Below, one piece after another: positions 20,298 through 28,755 of a DNA stretch of 56,698 bases; the first letter of the stretch is position 1; each line of letters opens with the position of its first letter. Made by a program: the position numbers and the translations under genes. A model generated the notes under the pieces. It searched no databases. It worked only from the letters and a program-made list of their open reading frames with translations, and had not been told where the DNA came from. This DNA is from a virus (lineage: Duplodnaviria > Caudoviricetes). Where the stretch lies: the IMG/VR virus record IMGVR_UViG_3300044646_000655, positions 1 through 56,698 of that record. One strand, given 5' to 3'.

Positions 20298-21393
20298 AGT
20301 AATACCAGACTCCAAAACTAGAACAACAAGAACTCCTGGGGACTTATTAATAAGTGGAACATTCAGTAGTCCTGCAAACAGATTGTATGCGATATCCAAT
20401 TTAGATAATAATCCAGATACAACTATAAACACAAACATAGGAAGTGGTTTAAATAACTATGTTTGGGATGGTATATTATACAATGATAAGGTTTTACTTT
20501 ATGGTTTTTTTACCACATATGGTACAGAGACTGCTCCTTATTTTGCAGAAATAAATAGAAATGGTACTTTCTCTAGAACAGGCTTAGGTAGTGGTTTTAA
20601 CGGTAGTGTAAGAGCAGTAATAGTTCAACCCGATGGTAAATTAATCTGTGCTGGTACATTTACTTCATACAACACACTAGGTGTAAATAGAATAGTGCGT
20701 TTAAATCCAGACTTTACTGTTGACGCAACATTCAATGTTGGATCAGGAATTCCTAGTGGTGAGGTAAACAGCATGGTTACAGATGGAACAAATATCTATC
20801 TAGTTGGTATTTTTAATAACTATAAAGGTACAACGAGAAACAATTTTGTTAAAATTAGAATGAGTGACGGTGCTGACGTTACTGGTACAAATAGTGGTTT
20901 TAACAATAGCACATTTGGAATTGCTATTTATGGTGACCACTTGTATGTTGGAGGAGATGGGTTCAATGGTTTCAATGGTACTACTGTTCCTCAAAACTTT
21001 TGTAAAATACATAAAGACACATTAGTTCCAGACAGTACTTTTTCTACAAATTTCTCTGGGGGAACAAATGGTAGAGTTTTGAGTACAATTAGCGTAGATA
21101 GTCAATACGTTTATTTTAATGGTAACTTTACTTCTCCTAAAGGTTTTTTCGCTAGAGTTTCTCACAATGGTACACTAGATGCATCCTTTCCAAAAGTTGC
21201 TCCTCCTAATAATGTTTTGTATCATCGCTTTATAAGAAACTCTACAAAAATAGCTATCGCAGGTACATTTATTTCTTTCAATGGCAATGCCAATGGGAAT
21301 AGATTTGGGGTTTATGACACAACTGTTGGTAGCGTGGATACTAACTTCTATGTAAACTTAAATAATATCGGAACCTTTGTAATTGAATTTTAA
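20287..21393 (+). CDS. Delta-60-repeat (DUF5122-like) beta-propeller protein
   Basis: VQPDGKLICAGTFTSYN..RIVRLNPD..VDATF repeats. Confidence 0.75.
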   Translation: MLTKVIPDSKTRTTRTPGDLLISGTFSSPANRLYAISNLDNNPDTTINTNIGSGLNNYVWDGILYNDKVLLYGFFTTYGTETAPYFAEINRNGTFSRTGLGSGFNGSVRAVIVQPDGKLICAGTFTSYNTLGVNRIVRLNPDFTVDATFNVGSGIPSGEVNSMVTDGTNIYLVGIFNNYKGTTRNNFVKIRMSDGADVTGTNSGFNNSTFGIAIYGDHLYVGGDGFNGFNGTTVPQNFCKIHKDTLVPDSTFSTNFSGGTNGRVLSTISVDSQYVYFNGNFTSPKGFFARVSHNGTLDASFPKVAPPNNVLYHRFIRNSTKIAIAGTFISFNGNANGNRFGVYDTTVGSVDTNFYVNLNNIGTFVIEF

Positions 21394-21394
21394 T

Positions 21395-21847
21395 ATGAAG
21401 ATTATAGTTAGAAAATCAGACGCAACAATTATATGGGGAACCGATAATAACAACACAGAAGTCGTTGTTTCAAACAAAGATTTAGTGATTGATGGTGTTG
21501 TGGTAGCAACAAATGTAAACTCTGAAGAATACGAATTAGTAAGTGATACCCAGAGTACTCTACCTTCCTATTTCTTTGTAGGTTATTCTGTCTATGTTAA
21601 CGAAGTGGTTTCTCCATCAGATGAGTATATACTTTGGAATAATAAAATTCACGATTGCATCAGTACCGTACAGCAAGAATATATTGCTAAATCTCTAGAT
21701 GAAAAATACACCAAAGAAGAAAGAGATGCTTTCTTTGATTACAATTTGAGTTTGCAGGAAATATTGGAAATAGAATACATTGAGCCAAGCTTTACATTTC
21801 CTTGTCCTCCAGATGAATTGTTTCCTTACTATCCCCCTTGTTTATAA
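21395..21847 (+). CDS. Hypothetical protein (tail fibre assembly-like)
   Basis: Acidic; C-terminal FPCPP; ATG start at 21395. Confidence 0.5.
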   Translation: MKIIVRKSDATIIWGTDNNNTEVVVSNKDLVIDGVVVATNVNSEEYELVSDTQSTLPSYFFVGYSVYVNEVVSPSDEYILWNNKIHDCISTVQQEYIAKSLDEKYTKEERDAFFDYNLSLQEILEIEYIEPSFTFPCPPDELFPYYPPCL

Positions 21848-21855
21848 TTACTTAA

Positions 21856-22113
21856 ATGAAATTACCTATAGACTTCGAACAATTTAAATCTGACCCAACC
21901 AAAGCCATTACGTTTTTAATGTTGGTTGTTGTCAGCGTGTTGTATTATCGTGCAGAAAGTCAGAGCAAACATATTAATGAACGATGCGAACAACGATTGG
22001 CACTTTGTGAGGCAAAACTCGATAGAATGTCTAAAATGTTAAAAACTCAAGATAGTTTATGTTCTGCACTAATAACAGAAATAAGCATCTATAAAAACCT
22101 CGGTAAGATATGA
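21856..22113 (+). CDS. Membrane protein, holin candidate
   Basis: One TM segment plus coiled coil. Confidence 0.45.
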   Translation: MKLPIDFEQFKSDPTKAITFLMLVVVSVLYYRAESQSKHINERCEQRLALCEAKLDRMSKMLKTQDSLCSALITEISIYKNLGKI

Positions 22114-22310
22114 AACTTCTTTATGCACTAGCAATTGTTGCCTTGATTATGGCGGTTGCTGTTCGCCCCAATGTTGAAGAGCAAGCAGAAGAGCAGATAC
22201 ATCACTCAGAGCTAATGTGTGATTCTGCGGCAATGGTGTTGGAAGATATAAGAAAAGTTAATGACAGCCTTTTGATTGATAAATATTTTTATAACGATGC
22301 CCAAAAATAA
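22110..22310 (+). CDS. Small secreted/membrane protein
   Basis: N-terminal hydrophobic helix; ATGA coupling. Confidence 0.45.
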   Translation: MKLLYALAIVALIMAVAVRPNVEEQAEEQIHHSELMCDSAAMVLEDIRKVNDSLLIDKYFYNDAQK

Positions 22311-22572
22311 GATTGTCGGTAAGAATAAGAGAGCTAGTTCAAACAAAGCTACAGGTAGAGACTATTCTACTCAGAAAGAATATAACAACCGACCCGACCA
22401 AATTGCTAAACGAGTTGAGTTAAATCGTGAGGCTCGCAAAAGAAAAATTTATGGTAAGCGTCATTCTAATGGAGTTGACCTAAGTCACACAAAGTCAGGC
22501 AAAATGGTGCTTGAAAAGAGTTCTGCTAATCGTGCTCGTAACGGCAGAAACGGAAAATCAACTAAAAAATAA
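22297..22572 (+). CDS. Small basic protein, degenerate HNH-like
   Basis: RDYS..KR.ELN..R..G.DLSH..NRARN pattern. Confidence 0.5.
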   Translation: MPKNKIVGKNKRASSNKATGRDYSTQKEYNNRPDQIAKRVELNREARKRKIYGKRHSNGVDLSHTKSGKMVLEKSSANRARNGRNGKSTKK

Positions 22573-22597
22573 TTTGTTTTTGTGCTGGGGCTCAGAT

Positions 22598-22605
22598 TAT
22601 ATTTG
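22598..22605 (+). promoter_or_regulatory. Bacteroidota-type -7 element TATATTTG
   Basis: 8 nt before ATG 22614. Confidence 0.55.
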
Positions 22606-22613
22606 TAGCCCTT

Positions 22614-23012
22614 ATGAAAAATTTAATAGCACAAGCACACCTAACAGCCAAAGAAAAAGGCTTTTGGGACACAGAGAGAAATGTGTCAGAAATGTTGATG
22701 TTAATCGTATCCGAATTAGCAGAAGCACAAGAAGCATTACGCAAAGATTATCGTTGCGATTCAATTGCAGCAAATGAATTACGCAGAGATTTAGCATTGG
22801 ATTCTAGTGATGAAGAATTTTTACTTCATACGTTAGAATGGAAGCACAAATTTGAAGAGGCTGTGAAATCTTCTTTTGAAGACGAAGTAGCAGACGTTGC
22901 TATTCGTCTATTTGATTTGTGCGGAGGTTTAGATATTGACCTTGAGAAGCACATCGAGTTGAAAATGAAGTACAATTCATTGCGTGGGTACAAACACGGA
23001 AAGAAATTTTAA
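22614..23012 (+). CDS. MazG-like nucleotide pyrophosphohydrolase
   Basis: SELAEAQE and DEVADVAIR motifs; KMKYN..R..KHGK. Confidence 0.8.
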   Translation: MKNLIAQAHLTAKEKGFWDTERNVSEMLMLIVSELAEAQEALRKDYRCDSIAANELRRDLALDSSDEEFLLHTLEWKHKFEEAVKSSFEDEVADVAIRLFDLCGGLDIDLEKHIELKMKYNSLRGYKHGKKF

Positions 23013-23014
23013 TT

Positions 23015-24871
23015 ATGGAAGTAAATCACGAAATTCTATCGGACATCGTTGTATGGAGCAAGTATGCCAAGTACGATGAGAAAAAATTCAGAAGAGAGAC
23101 TTGGGAAGAATTAGTGACTCGCAACATGGAGATGCACATTCGTAAGTTTCCAAATTTAGAAACATTAATCAGAACAAACTATGAAATGGTGTTTGAAAAG
23201 AAAGTTCTTCCGTCAATGCGGTCTCTGCAATTTAGTGGTAAGCCCATTGAAGTTAATAATGCTCGTCTTTTTAACTGTAGTTATCTTCACATTGATGATT
23301 ATAGGGCCTTTAATGAGACTATGTTCCTCTTGCTTTCAGGAACTGGAGTTGGTTATAGCGTCAGCCGTAACCACATTAACAAACTTCCTGCAATATCTAA
23401 ACCTACGAAACAAAGGAGGTTCTTAATTCCCGATAATATCGAGGGATGGGCCGATGCTGTAAAGGTATTGATGAAGTCTTACTTCGGCCTCAGTTCTTGG
23501 AAACCCAACTTTGATTTCCGTTCTATCCGTGCAAAGGGAGAGAGACTAATCACAAGTGGTGGTGTTGCTCCAGGTCCTGAACCATTGAAGATTTGCTTAA
23601 CGCACATCGAAGCAATCCTTGATCGTAAGAAAGACGGAGAACAACTATCATCATTGGAGTGCCACGATATTCTATGTCACATTGCAAATGCAGTTTTGGC
23701 TGGTGGTATTCGCAGATCAGCAATGATTGCTTTGTTTGATTACGATGACGAAGAGATGCTTACTTGCAAATCTGGAAAATGGTACGAAACAAACCCACAG
23801 CGAGGTAGAGCAAATAACTCTGTAAAGATTTTACGCAATGGTGCTGTATCCAAAAATATGTTCTTGAACCTATGGAAAAAAGTTGAAGCAAGTAACGCAG
23901 GAGAGCCTGGGTTCTTGTTTACAAATGACCTAGAACTTGGAACAAATCCTTGTGCAGAAATCAGTTTGAACTCATTCCAATTCTGTAACTTAGTGGAAAT
24001 TAATGCGTCTGATATCATAGACCAATTTGATTTAGAACAGAGAGCAGAGAGTGCAGCATTCATTGGAACACTTCAAGCATCGTACACAGACTTCCATTAT
24101 CTGAGACCCGAATGGAAAGAAGTAACTGAACGTGAGGCTTTGTTGGGTGTTGGTATGACCGGAATAGCGTCCGGAGTTGTTCTTAACCTTGATTTGTCAG
24201 AAGCAGCAGAGGCGGCCGTTCGCACGAATAAATTCGTAGCAAATACCATCGGAATTAATGAGTCAGCAAGAGTCACAACAATCAAGCCATCGGGAACTGC
24301 ATCAATCGTTCTTGGATGTTCTTCTGGAGTACACGCTTGGCATTCTGAGTACTACATTCGTAGAATGCGTGTGGGTAAATCTGAGGCGTTGTACACTTAC
24401 TTGTATATTAATCATCCAGACTTATTGGAGGATAGCGTCTATGATTCTAGAGAGGCTTATGTTTCTGTTCCCATTGCTGCTCCTAAACGTGCTTTGACAA
24501 GGGGCTCAGAATCAGCAATTTCATTTTTGGAGAGAGTAAAGTTACTCCACGAAAAATGGATTAAGCCTGGTCACATCTATGGTGAGAATACACACAACGT
24601 ATCAGCTACTGTTACCATGAAACAGAACGAGTGGGGAATGGTGGGCGAATGGTTGTGGGAAAACCAAAACCATTACAACGGTCTGTCATTTATGCCTGAG
24701 GATTTAGGATCTTATGAGCAGACTCCTTTTGAGGAAATCGATGAGGCTAAGTATTTAGAATTGTCAAAGTCTCTAAAGGGAATCAATGTCGCAAATATTG
24801 TCGAAACTAGCGACAACACAAACTTGGCAGGTGAAGCAGCGTGTGCTGGTGGAGCTTGCGAGATTTCATAA
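23015..24871 (+). CDS. nrdJ: Class II (adenosylcobalamin-dependent) ribonucleotide reductase
   Basis: FNCS, GTGVG, TNPCAEI, TTIKPSGT, C-terminal ACAGGACEI; no beta subunit gene nearby. Confidence 0.9.
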   Translation: MEVNHEILSDIVVWSKYAKYDEKKFRRETWEELVTRNMEMHIRKFPNLETLIRTNYEMVFEKKVLPSMRSLQFSGKPIEVNNARLFNCSYLHIDDYRAFNETMFLLLSGTGVGYSVSRNHINKLPAISKPTKQRRFLIPDNIEGWADAVKVLMKSYFGLSSWKPNFDFRSIRAKGERLITSGGVAPGPEPLKICLTHIEAILDRKKDGEQLSSLECHDILCHIANAVLAGGIRRSAMIALFDYDDEEMLTCKSGKWYETNPQRGRANNSVKILRNGAVSKNMFLNLWKKVEASNAGEPGFLFTNDLELGTNPCAEISLNSFQFCNLVEINASDIIDQFDLEQRAESAAFIGTLQASYTDFHYLRPEWKEVTEREALLGVGMTGIASGVVLNLDLSEAAEAAVRTNKFVANTIGINESARVTTIKPSGTASIVLGCSSGVHAWHSEYYIRRMRVGKSEALYTYLYINHPDLLEDSVYDSREAYVSVPIAAPKRALTRGSESAISFLERVKLLHEKWIKPGHIYGENTHNVSATVTMKQNEWGMVGEWLWENQNHYNGLSFMPEDLGSYEQTPFEEIDEAKYLELSKSLKGINVANIVETSDNTNLAGEAACAGGACEIS

Positions 24872-24964
24872 GGCGATTCGGAAAAAATCCAAAATTTGTA
24901 ACAAAATTAACATATATTTGTTACGTTGTTTTTTGGTTTTCCATTCTGAATTGTTTAGGTAAAG

Positions 24965-24996
24965 TTGAGGTCGCATTTTGTGGCCTCAATTTTTTT
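24965..24996 (+). terminator. Intrinsic terminator
   Basis: TTGAGGTCGC-atttt-GTGGCCTCAA followed by T7. Confidence 0.75.
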
Positions 24997-25021
24997 GTAA
25001 CAATATTGCAAGGTTAAACAT

Positions 25022-25029
25022 TATATTTG
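25022..25029 (+). promoter_or_regulatory. Bacteroidota-type -7 element TATATTTG
   Basis: After terminator; 4 nt before ATG 25034. Confidence 0.65.
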
Positions 25030-25033
25030 CACT

Positions 25034-25468
25034 ATGAATAAAACAAAAAAAACAGCATTGATACTTTTGTTCTTCTATGTATTGATACTTGTTCTTGCAG
25101 CCTCTTGCAGAAGCCCACAGAGAAGACACGCTTGTTTAGTTAATCACTATGGTGTAGAACTTTGCAGCACAGATACCGTAGTCATAAGAGATACGATTAT
25201 CAAGCAGATAAAAGTTCCAGTTCCTGAGTATAGGGATTCATTTATTTTCAAACACGATACTACTTACGAAACAAAAAGAGTTGTTGTGTATAAAAAAGGA
25301 GATCGTATTTTCTTACGAGTAAAACCAGATACAATACAACTCAGAGATACAATACCTTTTGAAGTAAAAGTCCCAAGCCCAGTCATTACCAAAGAACATT
25401 TTAATTGGTGGTATCTAGTAGTGTCTTGCCTTATAGGAATGATTCTCGCCTATAGGTTTAGAAATTGA
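25034..25468 (+). CDS. Lipoprotein with C-terminal TM helix (unimolecular spanin candidate)
   Basis: Signal peptide + LAASC lipobox, beta-rich DT repeats, C-terminal WWYLVVSCLIGMILAY. Confidence 0.6.
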   Translation: MNKTKKTALILLFFYVLILVLAASCRSPQRRHACLVNHYGVELCSTDTVVIRDTIIKQIKVPVPEYRDSFIFKHDTTYETKRVVVYKKGDRIFLRVKPDTIQLRDTIPFEVKVPSPVITKEHFNWWYLVVSCLIGMILAYRFRN

Positions 25469-25908
25469 GATTCAATCAAAAATCGTTTGATGATAATGAT
25501 GCCGTAGGTAAGGAATTACTTATGGCATTTTTGCGTTCTGTAGGTCACGATATTTCGGAGAATTGTGACATCTATGGTATTGATTTCTTTTCGGAACGCA
25601 ACGGTATTAAATACTATTGGGAAGTAGAAATGAAGTCTAGGAGACAATGGACTACTCGTGAAGACTTCCCTTTTGAATCGGTCTCATTCCTACAACGCAA
25701 AGAGAAGTGGAAAGAAACTCCTTTTTGGTATGTGATTATCTGCAAGGAAACTAATGCTGCAATCTTTTGCAAATCAAGTATTATATTCAACGAAAAATAT
25801 AAGGAAAAGGTTAGAATTTTCACTCAAGATCGTAAAGGATTTGATAATTTCTATCGAGTACCCAAAGAATTATGTATATTTGTGCCACCTAATGAATTTA
25901 AAAAATGA
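25465..25908 (+). CDS. PD-(D/E)XK-like nuclease
   Basis: IDFF...WEVEMK motif. Confidence 0.5.
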   Translation: MRFNQKSFDDNDAVGKELLMAFLRSVGHDISENCDIYGIDFFSERNGIKYYWEVEMKSRRQWTTREDFPFESVSFLQRKEKWKETPFWYVIICKETNAAIFCKSSIIFNEKYKEKVRIFTQDRKGFDNFYRVPKELCIFVPPNEFKK

Positions 25909-26126
25909 GTTTTGACGTAGTAAATAAACCAAAGCATTACAATCAAGGAAGTGTAGAATGTCTAGAAGCCATTGAGGCATCTATGACCAAAGAGCAATTT
26001 GTAGGATACCTCAAAGGAAACATTCAAAAATACTTGTGGAGATTTGAACACAAGAATGGGATAGAAGATCTGAAGAAAGCAGAGTTCTATTTGAGCAGAT
26101 TAATCGTATCATACCAAAGAGAATGA
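25905..26126 (+). CDS. DUF3310 (SaV-like) protein
   Basis: VNKPKHY..ECLEAI..GNIQKYLWR..K.GIEDLKKA..YL. Confidence 0.85.
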   Translation: MSFDVVNKPKHYNQGSVECLEAIEASMTKEQFVGYLKGNIQKYLWRFEHKNGIEDLKKAEFYLSRLIVSYQRE

Positions 26127-26494
26127 AACTCTATTGGACATACAGCAAGAAAAATTTAAGAGTAGGTGATGTTCACTCCCACGAAAAAGGTAAAGTAAAA
26201 TTTACCTCTGAAAAATATCATATTGGTGGGCTCGAAAGAACTCCTCTTTTTACGCATTGTATTTGTCCAAATGGAAATCTTTACGTTCTAGATTATTGTC
26301 CCGGAAATGAAATACATTTGGCTCTTATTGGAGGGCTTGATGATGACGATAGATTCAAGAATACTGCTACTAGAGAGCAGTTATTTACTCTAGGGAATAT
26401 TTGCAGATTTTACTTATCTTTGGGAGAACCAATCACAGAAGGTGATTTGTCAAATTTTGATTTAGAATTATGGCTAAAAGCAATAAACAAATAA
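26123..26494 (+). CDS. Hypothetical protein, degenerate T7-lysozyme-like amidase fold
   Basis: H.I..NG / LIGGLD..NTAT.EQ..TL resembles amidase core, but no HC/HxD zinc motifs. Confidence 0.4.
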   Translation: MKLYWTYSKKNLRVGDVHSHEKGKVKFTSEKYHIGGLERTPLFTHCICPNGNLYVLDYCPGNEIHLALIGGLDDDDRFKNTATREQLFTLGNICRFYLSLGEPITEGDLSNFDLELWLKAINK

Positions 26495-26658
26495 TTGAAA
26501 AAGAAGTTATTGAACTTCAGAAATTAATTTCTTGGTGTGAGTATTACTCAGCAGTAGGAAACCCAATCGAAGCAAACAAAACACAAAAAGAAATTGAAGA
26601 CCAAAAGCGAAAAATCAGCGAACTTAGAGATACTCTCGGAGTACCTAAAGGCAAATAA
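26470..26658 (+). CDS. Hypothetical protein
   Basis: Coiled-coil ORF in operon. Confidence 0.4.
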   Translation: MAKSNKQIIEKEVIELQKLISWCEYYSAVGNPIEANKTQKEIEDQKRKISELRDTLGVPKGK

Positions 26659-26941
26659 TATTTCTGAGGCCGAAGCCATTGAGAAACTCCAGGTTCAAGG
26701 TTTTGATCCTGCGAAAGACTTTTATGCTACTCTAGTCTCAGCATCTAAACAGTTGATGCAAAAGGTCCGGGATGAAATGCTCGACCTTGATGACCCATAT
26801 CAGAAGGGTTTATTTCAATTACTCCAAGCAGGAGATAAAATTAATAAGAGTTTGAAATTAGCGAAACTAGAAGCCTACCCCGAAGATGATAATCTAGAGG
26901 ATGAAGGTGGTTTCTTGGATCGTGTATCACAAAGGAAATGA
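26594..26941 (+). CDS. Hypothetical protein, terminase small subunit candidate
   Basis: Helical; ATGA-coupled directly to terL. Confidence 0.45.
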   Translation: MKTKSEKSANLEILSEYLKANNISEAEAIEKLQVQGFDPAKDFYATLVSASKQLMQKVRDEMLDLDDPYQKGLFQLLQAGDKINKSLKLAKLEAYPEDDNLEDEGGFLDRVSQRK

Positions 26942-28755
26942 AGGCATCCAAATTTGAATACGAAAAATGGTTTTCGAAACATGGTCTAAACCCGAACGCA
27001 ACACAAAAGGAAAAAGAACTTTGGTGGGGCAAAGAGAAAGAGTATTGGGTAGAGGGTCGTTTTGGTTTGGTTGGGCCTCACTATTACTCATTGACTCAAG
27101 GCTTCGTGAAAGACGCCAGAGGTTTCAAAAAGAGACCGATTTGGCGAGATATAGATGATTTAATCTATAACGGATATCTAGAAGCAAGACGAACCAATCA
27201 CGATTTATTTATAACAAAGAGGCGTGAGGTAGGTTTGTCGTTTATATTTGGGGGAATTATTCCGATGTGGATTGCAATGACTAATCCAGGATCAACATCC
27301 TTGATAACATCGGCAGACAAGAAACGTCTTGAAGCATTATTTAAAGATAAACTTCGTGTAGTATATGATGAATTTGATGATTACGCTCGGCCTGGTATTG
27401 TATCAACTAGACAAGAAGGTTACTTACACCTTGGGCGAAGAGATACAAAGACAGGTCGTGTTACTGGTTTGGACTCTCAAATCATTACTAAGGAGACCGT
27501 AGATACTCCAACAGCATTTGAGGCGTATCGTGCAATGCACGTTTTTATAGACGAGTGTATGCTCCATCCTAAGGCAGATAAGGTTTATAAATCTGCTCAA
27601 GCAAGTACCAAGTCGGGTTTCGTAAAGGTTGCTCCAATTGTCATTGGAGGAAGTGCCGGAGAGGCTACTTCAATTGGCCAGAAATTAGCCAAAACTTTGT
27701 GGGAAAATGCCGAAGAATTGAAGATACTCACCCTCTTTCTCCCTGGTAATCAAGGGATTATGGAAGCACCCGAATTAGACATAAATGGGAAAGAAACTGG
27801 CAAAATTCTGAACTTCTGCCCTAATGGTCACAGCGATGAGAAAGCTGCAACTGAGTGGATTATGAAGACAAGGGAGACGCTAGATAAACTAGAAGATAAG
27901 TCTTACCTCAATTCATTTATCAAGCAGTACCCATTGGAAATCAATGAGGTATTTTCTGTTGCTGGTCATGGTGCTTTTCCGAAACATATCATGACTAAGT
28001 TGGATAACCAAGAAAGAATTATCCTAAGCACTCGGCCTCCGATTGATCGTTCTTATTTAATCTATGACTACGATGGAACAATCAAAAAGAAAGCAGAGAT
28101 AACAAGTGCTATGCATTTCTTGGAAGAACCAAGAGATGGACATACTTACATTGCAGGTATTGACCCTATTCCATTCAACTCTAAAAATATGGGAGATGGT
28201 TCTAACCAAGCAATTGTAATTAAGGATATTGATACCAATAGATATGTAGCTCACTATTCGGAAAGGGACTCAGACCCTGATATGATTGTAAAGAATATGA
28301 TACTTATGCAAGAGTATTATAACAACGCAATCGCAATGATTGAGATTAACCGTGGTGGTGTTGTAAAGCAAAAGTATAAAGACGCTGGTAAACTGCATCT
28401 ATTGGCCAAGAAACCAATCTTCCTAGGTAAGGGATTTTTTAAGGACGATGACTCCGTAGGATATTATAAAAACGATATCACCGCAGAACGAGGTAACTCT
28501 TATTTGATTGATTACCTGAACACTTACTGCGATGATATTTGGTTTCTTTCAATGATTACCGATTTAAAAAACTATTTGATTGATAATACAGACTTAGCAG
28601 ATGCTATGGTAGCTTGTGAGATAATGCATAAAAACATTGTCAAGAAGTCGGAGAAATCAAAACCACAAGAAATCTTAGTAAAAGAAATACCCATCCTCAA
28701 GTTTATCAATGGTAGATACACAAGAGAATGGGTTAAGGTAAATATCAGTAAGTAA
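26938..28755 (+). CDS. terL: Terminase large subunit
   Basis: TKRREVGLS Walker A, VFIDE Walker B, GGSAG, AGIDP and DLADA RNase H-like nuclease motifs. Confidence 0.85.
   Translation: MKASKFEYEKWFSKHGLNPNATQKEKELWWGKEKEYWVEGRFGLVGPHYYSLTQGFVKDARGFKKRPIWRDIDDLIYNGYLEARRTNHDLFITKRREVGLSFIFGGIIPMWIAMTNPGSTSLITSADKKRLEALFKDKLRVVYDEFDDYARPGIVSTRQEGYLHLGRRDTKTGRVTGLDSQIITKETVDTPTAFEAYRAMHVFIDECMLHPKADKVYKSAQASTKSGFVKVAPIVIGGSAGEATSIGQKLAKTLWENAEELKILTLFLPGNQGIMEAPELDINGKETGKILNFCPNGHSDEKAATEWIMKTRETLDKLEDKSYLNSFIKQYPLEINEVFSVAGHGAFPKHIMTKLDNQERIILSTRPPIDRSYLIYDYDGTIKKKAEITSAMHFLEEPRDGHTYIAGIDPIPFNSKNMGDGSNQAIVIKDIDTNRYVAHYSERDSDPDMIVKNMILMQEYYNNAIAMIEINRGGVVKQKYKDAGKLHLLAKKPIFLGKGFFKDDDSVGYYKNDITAERGNSYLIDYLNTYCDDIWFLSMITDLKNYLIDNTDLADAMVACEIMHKNIVKKSEKSKPQEILVKEIPILKFINGRYTREWVKVNISK

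Noticed and set aside
12361-21393. Diversity-generating retroelement or invertible tail-fibre cassette
   Set aside because: No reverse transcriptase, template/variable repeat pair or inverted repeats seen; the recombinase lies far away.
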